Assembly: GCF_000734015.1 (NCBI RefSeq)
Contig: NZ_CP008796.1
Coordinates: 1,560,001 to 1,592,000, forward strand
DNA from: Thermodesulfobacterium commune DSM 2178
GTDB lineage: Bacteria; Desulfobacterota; Thermodesulfobacteria; Thermodesulfobacteriales; Thermodesulfobacteriaceae
Direction: 5' to 3'
Length of the DNA: 32,000 nucleotides
A program made the translations under genes and the position numbers. Shown one piece after another: positions 25,010-32,000 of this stretch. The notes beneath the pieces are model-generated. The model saw only the letters and a list, made by a program, of their open reading frames with translations. It was not told the origin of the DNA and did no database searches. Each line of letters begins with the position of its first letter. The stretch's first letter is position 1.

Positions 25010-25670
25010 AATCCAAAGATATGGTATTTTGGTTAGGCTTGAACACTGGACAGTGGCTTTATCAGGCATAGCTCTTATCTTTACAGGCCTTGGGTGTCTT
25101 CCCCTTTTTAAGCGGTATTATATCACGGAACTACCAGGATTTGGCTGGACGGCTGATTTTTATACGGTAACTAAGATCCATTATATAGCTGCCATCTTTT
25201 TTGTGATGGGAGTCCTTTTTCATCTCTTTTATCATGGCTTGAGAAAAGACTTTGGCCTTATTCCGAGACCAAGGGATTTTATAGATTCCTTTAAGGTAAT
25301 ACTTGCTTCTTTTGGTATAGGTAAGGAGCCTCCTTGTGATAAATGGCTTCCAGAACAAAGGGTAGCTTATTTGTTTATTGGGTTAAACATCTTGGTGGTA
25401 GGAGGAACAGGCTTTTTAAAGGTACTTAAAAATTTAGAATGGGTGATCTTTTCCCCGAAAACAGAAACTCTTCTTAACCTTACTCATACCATAAGTGGGG
25501 GGATTTTTATCCTGATGTTTATAATTCATGTATTTTTTGTTTTAGCGGTAAAATCTAACTGGCCTTTACTTAAAGCCATGATCACCGGATATGTGGACGA
25601 AGAATATGTAAAAAAGAGACATCATCTTTGGTATGAAAAGATAAAGGGAGAGGTTAATCTGGAAGAATAG
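24999..25670 (+). CDS. membrane b-type cytochrome (FdnI / hydrogenase cytochrome b-like)
   Basis: 223 aa with 4-5 TM helices. The N-terminus has RLEHWTVALSGIALIFTGL with conserved His positions, and further His residues sit in helices (KIHYIAAIFFVMGVLFHLFYH, THTISGG..IIHVF). It overlaps the FeS gene by 11 nt. Confidence 0.6.
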   Translation: MKNRIQRYGILVRLEHWTVALSGIALIFTGLGCLPLFKRYYITELPGFGWTADFYTVTKIHYIAAIFFVMGVLFHLFYHGLRKDFGLIPRPRDFIDSFKVILASFGIGKEPPCDKWLPEQRVAYLFIGLNILVVGGTGFLKVLKNLEWVIFSPKTETLLNLTHTISGGIFILMFIIHVFFVLAVKSNWPLLKAMITGYVDEEYVKKRHHLWYEKIKGEVNLEE

Positions 25671-26706
25671 CGTCTACGAAACTCTCTTTGTTAAAGGGGA
25701 CGAGGTCTTCGGCCTTCTCCCCTAATCCTATAAATCTAATAGGTAGGTTAAATTGATAAGAAAGGGCTATGGCAATACCTCCTTTAGCGGTTCCATCCAT
25801 CTTAGTAATGATTACGCTGTGTACTGGCACAGCCTCAGTAAAATGTTTGGCCTGACTTAGGGCATTCTGCCCTGTGGTTGCGTCAAGCACCAAAATGTTC
25901 TCACAGGCCTCAGGTGGGACTAATTTGTGCATCACCCTTACCATTTTCTTAAGCTCTTCTATAAGGTTGTATTTAGTATGAAGCCTTCCAGCCGTATCCA
26001 CTAAAACTACATCGATGTTGTTTTTTTTAGCATACTCTATACCTTGATAGATAACAGCTGCCGGGTCAGAGCCTTCCTGAAGGGCTATAACAGGTGCACT
26101 TATCCGTTCCCCCCAGGTTTTTAACTGGTCTATGGCTGCAGCTCTAAAGGTGTCAGCAGCAACCAGCACCACAGAAAATCCATTTTCTTTGAGTTTTTTA
26201 CCTATTTTGGCGATGGTAGTGGTTTTACCTACCCCGTTAACCCCAAGAAAAAAAAGCACAGAGGGATGTCCTTGAGGAGGAAAAGGGGTTTCTGCTTCTT
26301 TTAAAAAAGACAACATTTGAGATTTAAGAAACTTTTTAAGCTCTTTGGTGGTTAGGGTTTCTCCGTTTATTACTCGATCTTTAAAAGGTTCGATAAGAGC
26401 CAAAGTAGTCTCGACTCCGAGGTCTGAAAGGATAAGGTTTTCTTCGATTTCTTCTAAGGTTTTAAGGTCTACTACCCTTTCAACCTCAAAAAGATCCGAG
26501 AGAGCCTCAGAAAGCTTTTCTTTAGTTTTAGAAAGACCTTTTTTGAATTTTTCTATCAGGTTTTCCTTTTTAAAAAAACCTAAAAACCCAGATTTTTCTT
26601 CTTCAGGTTCTGGTTGGGGAGCTTCTTGAGAAGAGGTAATAAGATTTTGAGTTTGTTCTTGGGCTTCTCTTTTTTCTTCTTTTTTCCTTTTGAAGAAATT
26701 AAACAT
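25654..26706 (-). CDS. ftsY: signal recognition particle receptor FtsY
   Basis: An acidic/basic N-terminal region is followed by the NG domain, with GVNGVGKTTT, DTAGR and TKMDGTAKGG. Confidence 0.95.
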   Translation of the reverse strand: MFNFFKRKKEEKREAQEQTQNLITSSQEAPQPEPEEEKSGFLGFFKKENLIEKFKKGLSKTKEKLSEALSDLFEVERVVDLKTLEEIEENLILSDLGVETTLALIEPFKDRVINGETLTTKELKKFLKSQMLSFLKEAETPFPPQGHPSVLFFLGVNGVGKTTTIAKIGKKLKENGFSVVLVAADTFRAAAIDQLKTWGERISAPVIALQEGSDPAAVIYQGIEYAKKNNIDVVLVDTAGRLHTKYNLIEELKKMVRVMHKLVPPEACENILVLDATTGQNALSQAKHFTEAVPVHSVIITKMDGTAKGGIAIALSYQFNLPIRFIGLGEKAEDLVPFNKESFVDAILPD

Positions 26707-26734
26707 TAGGCAAGGTTTAAAAGGATTTTATAAG

Positions 26735-26824
26735 CGGAGGAGGAGGGATTCGAACCCCCGGAGGGAGGTGAACTCCCTCAACGGCTTTCAAGGCCGCCCC
26801 CTTCGTCCACTCGGGCACTCCTCC
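26735..26824 (-). tRNA. tRNA-Ser (anticodon UGA), class II, no encoded CCA
   Basis: The acceptor, D and T arms are identical to the tRNA at 7165-7256. The anticodon stem is GCGGC/GCCGU with loop CUUGAAA, and there is a long variable arm. Confidence 0.9.
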
Positions 26825-26880
26825 AATCACTAAATATAATACAAAACCCAAATAAGTAAAGCTATAGATGAGGTCTGATT

Positions 26881-28047
26881 TTAGTTTAAAAGGTCTTTTA
26901 AGGTGAATTTTGAGGTTTGGTCCATCATGAAGGAGAGTTTTTTGATAAAATCTTCAGGAAAAACCTTGCTTAGGTCTTTTAAATCAGGTCTATTTTCTAA
27001 GGTTAGAATTTCTAAAAGGCTTATTTTTTCAGGGGCTTTAGCTAAGTAAATTTTACCCTCTTTTAATACCACCAGGCCCTGGTTTTCAAGCTGTTGTAAA
27101 AGGGTCTCAAATTCAATGGGACAAATTTTTAATCTTTGACAAAGAGTATAAACTTCTATAGGACCTTCAGAATAGAATTTTTCCCCTAAAAGATACATCA
27201 CAAAAAGTGCAAAAAGGTTTCTGGGAATGTTTGGGGTTTCTGACTCCCAGGCCCTTTTTTCTAAAAAAACGATAAGTTCTGCCCCTATCAAAAACACCAC
27301 CCAGTTTAAAAAGATCCAAAGTAAAAAAAGCGGAAAAGCCGCTAATGAACCATAGATTTTAGAGTAACTTACGGCATATTTTACATAAACCGAATATAGA
27401 TAAGAGCTGGTAAACCAAAGACAGGTAGAAAAAACCGCACCAACCAGAGCCTCTTTCTTAGAAACATCTTTGGCAGGAAAAAAAAGATAGATCAACAAAA
27501 AGAAAAGGACCATAAACAAAAAATTTAAAAAAATAAAAAATTTTCCTACGTAGGAAGAAAAAATAAAGGGTACAAGAAAGATAAAAGGGGTAAGGGTGAT
27601 ACAAAGCCAGAAGAAAAGCAACCTTTGATAGAAACTTCTTCTTTTGGTACTTTCAAATATTTTGTTTAAAACATCTTCTATTTGAAACAAAAGTCCCACA
27701 CTCATTATGAAATAAAACAAAACGCTAAACTTCCCCAAGGGAAAGGTCTCAAGCTTTTTGATAAGTTTGATCAGCACCTGAGTGACCTTTTGGGTGGCTT
27801 CAGGGGTAAGATATTGGGTAACCTGTAGGAGAAATTCGTCTATTATCTTTTCCTGAGGAATAAAAACTTTAGCTATAGATAAAATTAGCCCCAAAAGGGG
27901 AATGAGGGTAAGTATGGTGTTAAAAGAAAGTCCTTGGGCATATACTAAAATCTCGTCTTTTAATATTTTTTGCAAAAATGTTTTAAAGAAAAACAGAGGT
28001 CTTTTAGGCATGCTTTCTATTATAAACCTTTTTATAGAAAACCACAA
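26881..28047 (-). CDS. YihY/BrkB-family (ribonuclease BN-like) membrane protein with C-terminal winged-helix-like extension
   Basis: The N-terminus has YAQGLSFNTILTLIPLL, and the polytopic core is typical of YihY. An extra ~110 aa soluble tail (PIEVYTLCQRLKICPIEFETLLQQLENQGLVVLKEGKIYLA) follows. The start is ambiguous: TTG at 28047 or ATG at 28011. Confidence 0.65.
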   Translation of the reverse strand: MWFSIKRFIIESMPKRPLFFFKTFLQKILKDEILVYAQGLSFNTILTLIPLLGLILSIAKVFIPQEKIIDEFLLQVTQYLTPEATQKVTQVLIKLIKKLETFPLGKFSVLFYFIMSVGLLFQIEDVLNKIFESTKRRSFYQRLLFFWLCITLTPFIFLVPFIFSSYVGKFFIFLNFLFMVLFFLLIYLFFPAKDVSKKEALVGAVFSTCLWFTSSYLYSVYVKYAVSYSKIYGSLAAFPLFLLWIFLNWVVFLIGAELIVFLEKRAWESETPNIPRNLFALFVMYLLGEKFYSEGPIEVYTLCQRLKICPIEFETLLQQLENQGLVVLKEGKIYLAKAPEKISLLEILTLENRPDLKDLSKVFPEDFIKKLSFMMDQTSKFTLKDLLN

Positions 28048-28257
28048 AGACCTTAGTTCGTAACAGTTATTTTCAGACTTTTTGATTCATCCATCAACCG
28101 TTAAACACTTTTTAGAAGTCTAAAAAACTAAACTTTTTTAAAGGTTTAGCTATGATGCTTTTTGTTATCAATTTTAAAAAAGTGTAAAAAAATAAAAAAT
28201 TTTTTAAAAACATGAGAAAAATTAAAAATTTTTGGGAAAAACTTTGAATAAAAATAT

Positions 28258-28284
28258 TTGACTTTTAAAATTTAATGACATAAT
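28258..28284 (+). promoter_or_regulatory. candidate sigma70-type promoter of the hydrogenase operon (TTGACT ... TGaCATAAT extended -10)
   Basis: TTGACT at 28258-28263 and TG-n-CATAAT at 28276-28284, about 58 nt upstream of the ATG. The background is AT-rich, so a chance match is quite possible. Confidence 0.3.
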
Positions 28285-28341
28285 TTTAAAATTAGTATTA
28301 CTAAAACAGTAAAACATAAATGCCTGGTTAAGGAGGAGGAA

Positions 28342-29166
28342 ATGTGTCAAGGTTTTGAACCCAAGATAATTGTTTTTGCTTGTAATTGGTGTACTTATGC
28401 TGGGGCTGATTTGGCTGGGTCTTTAAGGTATGCTTATCCGTCTAACGTTTATCTTATCAGGGTTCCTTGTAGCGGAAGAGTAGAGCCAGAATTTATTTTT
28501 TACGCTTTTTTTAGTGGGGCAGACGGAGTGCTTATAGGGGGATGTCATCCTGGAGATTGTCATTATCGCTATGGTAACTATTATGCTCATCGCAGGTATA
28601 ACCTTTTGCAGAGGTTTTTAGAGGTTATAGGGATCGAAAAAGATAGGCTTAGGCTTGAATGGATCTCTGGGGCAGAGGGATTAAAGTTTGCTCAGGTAGC
28701 TACGGAATTTACCGAAAAAATTAAGTCCTTAGGTCCTGTCAAGATAGAGCTTAAGGATAAGCTGGATTGGAAGGAACTTAGTAGGGTGGTTGCTGGGGTT
28801 GGTTCTGCAGGTAAGGTCTTCTGGGATGAATCAAAATGTATGACCGATGTTATTCTTTCTTTTCTTGAGTTTGTTCAAAAAAATTCTTGTGCCCAATGTA
28901 TTCCTTGCAGGATAGGAACTAAAAGAATGCAAGAGGTTTTATCAGAGATTTTAGCAGGTAGTATCGATGGAGATGGCGAAAGATTGTTAAAACTTTTGGC
29001 AGAAGACATAGGATATTCAAGCAAATGTGACCTTGGGAGGCTTGCTGGCAAATCGGTTAAGTATGCCCTTGAATGTTGTTATGAAGATCTCCTTTCGCAT
29101 AAGCAAGGTATATGTAAAAAAACCATCCCGGGACATCCTGGGTGGGATAAAGTAGTGCCTTTATAA
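28342..29166 (+). CDS. fusion protein: MvhD/FlpD-type hydrogenase delta-subunit domain + NuoF-type C-terminal [4Fe-4S] domain
   Basis: The N-terminus KIIVFACNWCTYAGADLAG...VPCSGRV...GADGVLIGGCHPGDCHY is the MvhD/FlpD signature. The C-terminus CAQCIPCRIGT-(about 39 aa)-CDLG matches the Cx2Cx2C...C cluster motif of NuoF/HydB. No FMN or NAD-binding region is present. SD AAGGAGGAGG. Confidence 0.7.
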   Translation: MCQGFEPKIIVFACNWCTYAGADLAGSLRYAYPSNVYLIRVPCSGRVEPEFIFYAFFSGADGVLIGGCHPGDCHYRYGNYYAHRRYNLLQRFLEVIGIEKDRLRLEWISGAEGLKFAQVATEFTEKIKSLGPVKIELKDKLDWKELSRVVAGVGSAGKVFWDESKCMTDVILSFLEFVQKNSCAQCIPCRIGTKRMQEVLSEILAGSIDGDGERLLKLLAEDIGYSSKCDLGRLAGKSVKYALECCYEDLLSHKQGICKKTIPGHPGWDKVVPL

Positions 29167-29193
29167 AAATAAGAATCTGTCGGAGGTGAAAAG

Positions 29194-29452
29194 ATGAAAG
29201 AGGTTCAGTTAACCATCGATGGTATAAGCGTTAAAGTTCCTGAGGGAACTACTATATTGGAGGCTGCTAAAAAAGTGGGGATAAAAATTCCTACATTGTG
29301 TTATTTAAATGGAGTAGGGTTAAAACATATCAAACATGATGTGGGGGCTTGTAGGGTTTGTGTGGTAGAGGTTCAAGGTAAAAACGATTTGTTGTCTTCT
29401 TGCAATACTTTGGTAGAAGAAGGTATGGTGGTTTACACACATACTCCAAGGG
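29194..29452 (+). pseudogene. hydA: [FeFe]-hydrogenase catalytic subunit, 5' fragment (2Fe-2S ferredoxin-like domain), interrupted by IS
   Basis: MKEVQLTIDGISVKVPEGTTILEAAKKVGIKIPTLCYL...CRVCVVEV...SCNT is the N-terminal Fer2 domain of NuoG/HydA-type proteins. After ...VYTHTPR the reading frame enters IS sequence and stops at 29520. Confidence 0.85.
29444..29452. repeat. target-site duplication, left copy (CTCCAAGG[G])
   Basis: Identical 9-mer at 30791-30799. The true TSD is 8 or 9 bp because the junction G is ambiguous. Confidence 0.85.
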
Positions 29453-30790
29453 GACACTTGTCAAGAGAATTGTGTCTCCTTATAAAATCTCTTTACAAAC
29501 ATTTGCCTCAATTCGTATAAAGCAGACTTAATTAAAGGAAGTGGTTTTTGCCATCTCGTTTTCTGAATCCGACTTACTGTTATGTATATCGCAACCTCTG
29601 CTGTCTTGATTGATTGAAAATATCCCCCTGTATTTACCCTTATCAGCTCTATCCTGCTATTTATATTCTCAACCACATTCGTCGTGTATATATACCTCCT
29701 CACCCCCTCAGGATATTTCTTATAAACAAAATAATGCTCCTTCTTTTTCAAAAGTCCCTTTATATAAGCTGGATACTTCTTCTCATAACTCTTACATAAT
29801 TCCTCAAATCTATTTAAGGCCCTCTCATACTCCTCTATCCTCTTTATAATGCTTAACTCCTCATAAAATTTTTTAGCATCCTGCTTAGACATGTTCCTGT
29901 TGATGTTCCTTTGCATGTGTACAAAACAAAGCTGATGATCTGTCTCAGGAAAGAGGGCTTTTATGGCTTGAGTAAGGCCAGGAAAATCATCACTCACTAT
30001 TACCATAACCCTCTTAACTCCCCTCTTTATCAAATCATTAAGTATCTGGAGCCAGTCCTCCTTCGTCTCTGAACCAAAATAAATGTAATAAGAAAGTAAA
30101 TTTTTTCTTCCCTCCATATCTATCCCGATGATATTATAAATAACTGCTTTTCTGATTCTGTTGGCTTCGGTATCTTTTATCTGAGTATGATAAGCGTCTA
30201 TAAACATAGCAAACAAATTTTCTGGCAATTCTTTGGTTTTTAATTCTTTGGCTTGGTTATACAATTCTTCTTTAATTTCTTCTATTTGTTCTGGGGAGTA
30301 GGGGAGTTTCATAGATTGCAAGAGGGCTTTGATTTTATTGGGGGAGTAGCTTTGGAGAACGAGGTTAAGGATAAAGTCCTGGAAGGATTCATCAGCTTTT
30401 TGCCATTCAGGAGGAAGAATAGCAGGTCTGAATTCAGATTTTCTATCTCTTGGGACAGAGATACCAAGGTTACCTAAGAAACAGGCAAGTTGTCTTTCAT
30501 AGTAACCATTAGCTTTATTATCAATACTATCTCTAAGGAATATTTCTCTTTCTTTTTTCATGAGAGCGTTTAAGAGGAGTGCAGCAGCCATTTTGATACC
30601 CTCTTTTGATTCAATTTTTGAGATTTCACTTAAAACTTTTTCTAAATCTAAGTCTAAGTTTTCCATTTTACAGACCTCCTGGTTAGTTTAGTCTTTTAGG
30701 TTTTATGTTATCATTAATTTAAAAAATATTAAAAATTTTTATTATGCCTCTAAAATATTTTATTAAAAGACACAATTTATATTCTACTCC
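29453..30790 (-). mobile_element. IS256-family insertion sequence (~1.34 kb), intact
   Basis: It carries a single 401-aa mutator-type transposase and is flanked by an 8-9-bp direct repeat. Both ends carry a subterminal inverted AATTGTGTCT..T.ATAAAAT block: left at 29468 onward, right as the reverse complement ending about 30777. The termini are GGA...TCC if the TSD is 8 bp. Confidence 0.85.
29461..30666 (-). CDS. IS256/mutator-family DDE transposase
   Basis: Family-typical blocks are FMFIDAYH (Asp), IVSDDFPGLTQAI (Asp), CFVHMQRN and TTNVVENINSRI (Glu). 401 aa. The stop lies 8 nt from the IS end. Confidence 0.9.
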   Translation of the reverse strand: MENLDLDLEKVLSEISKIESKEGIKMAAALLLNALMKKEREIFLRDSIDNKANGYYERQLACFLGNLGISVPRDRKSEFRPAILPPEWQKADESFQDFILNLVLQSYSPNKIKALLQSMKLPYSPEQIEEIKEELYNQAKELKTKELPENLFAMFIDAYHTQIKDTEANRIRKAVIYNIIGIDMEGRKNLLSYYIYFGSETKEDWLQILNDLIKRGVKRVMVIVSDDFPGLTQAIKALFPETDHQLCFVHMQRNINRNMSKQDAKKFYEELSIIKRIEEYERALNRFEELCKSYEKKYPAYIKGLLKKKEHYFVYKKYPEGVRRYIYTTNVVENINSRIELIRVNTGGYFQSIKTAEVAIYITVSRIQKTRWQKPLPLIKSALYELRQMFVKRFYKETQFS

Positions 30791-30799
30791 CTCCAAGGG
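30791..30799. repeat. target-site duplication, right copy (CTCCAAGG[G])
   Basis: Identical to 29444-29452. Removing 29453-30799 restores ...THTPRVLSTRKLNLELMLSDHHLDC... in frame. Confidence 0.85.
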
Positions 30800-32000
30800 T
30801 TCTTTCTACCAGAAAATTAAACCTTGAGCTTATGCTAAGCGACCATCATTTGGACTGTCCTACCTGTCCTAAAAATGGGGTATGTGAGCTACAAAGTTTA
30901 TGTGCTGAACTTACCATAAGAAGTATAAGACCCAAAGGGGAGAGAAAGACTTATGAGATAGACTGTTCTTCTCCTTCGATCGTTAGAAATCCTAACAAGT
31001 GTATTGTCTGTCAGAGATGTATCACCGCTTGTAAGGTTTTACAGACGGTTGATGTGTTAGAGCTTTATGGGAATGGGTTTGAGGCCATAGTAAGGCCGGT
31101 GGGTGGCAAGTCTCTCATAGAGACTAAGTGTGTTGCCTGTGGACAGTGTGCTTTGGTGTGTCCTACCGCGGCTATCGTAGAAAAAGACGACACGTCTCTT
31201 GTTTGGGAGGCTTTAAGTGATCCTAAAAAGCATGTGGTTGTTCAGACAGCACCTGCTACCCATGTAACCATAGGTGAGGCCTTTGGGTTACCTCGAGGTA
31301 CAGATATTACTGGAAAAATGGTTACAGCCTTGAAAATGCTTGGGTTTGATGCGGTTTTTGATACTAACTGGTCGGCAGATCTTACCATCATGGAAGAGGC
31401 GTATGAGTTGATCCACAGGATTAAAAACAACGGGGTCCTTCCTCAGTTTACCTCCTGTTCTCCTGCATGGATTAAGTTTGTTGAGGAGTTTTACCCAGAC
31501 CTAATACCTCATCTTTCAACCTGCAAGTCTCCTCAACAGATGTTTGGAGCTGTAGCCAAAACCTATTATGCAGAAAAGAAGGGTATCAATCCTGAAGACA
31601 TTTTTGTGGTTTCAATCATGCCTTGTACTGCAAAGAAATATGAAGCTGCTCGTCCTGAAATGGTTTCTGCCCAAAAGTACTGGAATAACCCTAATATCAC
31701 AAGAGATGTAGATGTGGTGTTAACCTCAAGAGAACTTATCAGGATGATCAGAGAGTCTGGGATAGACTTTGCCAATCTACCAGATAGTCCTTATGACCCT
31801 ATTATGGGTGAGGGTACAGGAGCCGCTCAGATTTTTGGGGCAACCGGGGGAGTTATGGAGGCAGCCTTAAGAACTGCTTATGAGGTGGTCACAGGAAAGA
31901 CTTTACCAAGACTTGATTTTGAAGAAGTAAGAGGGATGAAGGATATTAAAGAAGCGGCTGTAGAGATGAACGGGGTAACCATAAAGGTATTGGTAGCCCA
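30800..32000 (+). pseudogene. hydA: [FeFe]-hydrogenase catalytic subunit, 3' fragment (His-ligated 4Fe-4S, 2x[4Fe-4S], H-cluster domain), continues past window end
   Basis: Hand translation in frame 1 is stop-free from 30781 to 32000. It gives DHHLDCPTCPKNGVCELQ, CIVCQRCITAC, CVACGQCALVCP, FDTNWSADLTIMEE, TSCSPAW (L1), CKSPQQM and MPCTAKKYE (L2). It is absent from the ORF track because no stop codon lies inside the window. Confidence 0.85.

Noticed and set aside
26735-26824. Possible selenocysteine tRNA (long variable arm, 'UGA')
   Set aside because: The anticodon itself is UGA (reads UCA serine codons), not UCA. The acceptor stem is 7 bp and the D arm is Ser-like. The same reasoning applies to the tRNA at 7165-7256 (anticodon CGA).
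28291-28303. 13-bp palindrome TTAGTA-T-TACTAA between the putative hydrogenase promoter and SD, considered as an operator
   Set aside because: It is short and entirely A/T-rich in a ~290-bp region that is mostly A/T, so the chance expectation is high. There is no second copy.
29194-29520. 108-aa ORF as a stand-alone 2Fe-2S ferredoxin
   Set aside because: Its last 22 codons are IS256-element sequence. It is the truncated 5' end of the hydrogenase gene, not an independent gene.

Overview
This is a 32-kb AT-rich bacterial chromosomal segment. The tRNA and riboswitch helices are strongly GC-rich against AT-rich coding DNA, which is the usual look of a thermophile. Gene content suggests an anaerobe, possibly Thermodesulfobacteria-like; this is inference only, since no database search was possible.

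Left to right:
1. A GntR-led six-gene + strand operon: CBS protein, DASS/SLC13 permease, a 236-aa Cys/His/Cys protein, an ArsB/NhaD-type permease with a periplasmic N-terminal domain, and a tandem USP.
2. birA directly behind tRNA-Ser(CGA).
3. A - strand unit: atypical receiver protein, a chain of overlapping mini-ORFs, a long TauE/SafE permease, an unknown bitopic membrane protein, and a tandem USP.
4. pstSCAB running straight into argJ-surE with no phoU. It is divergent from phoB/phoR-like genes, with TTAACA direct repeats at 11-bp phasing in between.
5. A cobalamin riboswitch plus a btuB-like TonB-dependent receptor whose best SD+ATG is one nucleotide out of frame with the gene body.
6. rsmI, ispG, a YkgJ-type Fe-S protein and tRNA-Thr(CGU).
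7. An orphan Tat-exported 4x[4Fe-4S] protein plus cytochrome b pair with no catalytic subunit.
8. ftsY behind tRNA-Ser(UGA), and a yihY-like gene.
9. A hydrogenase locus. An MvhD/FlpD domain is fused to an isolated NuoF-type [4Fe-4S] module. It is followed by a multidomain [FeFe]-hydrogenase gene split by an intact IS256-family element with a target-site duplication. The 1.2-kb downstream hydrogenase fragment runs off the window and is missing from the supplied ORF track. Its H-cluster L1 motif reads TSCSPAW instead of TSCCPxW.

Most worth following up: the MvhD-NuoF(C-term)/[FeFe]-hydrogenase module, the two transporter operons that each end in a tandem USP (one containing a possible LCIB-type carbonic-anhydrase-like protein), and the mini-ORF chain upstream of the TauE gene. 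No CRISPR array, rRNA or obvious defence system was seen.
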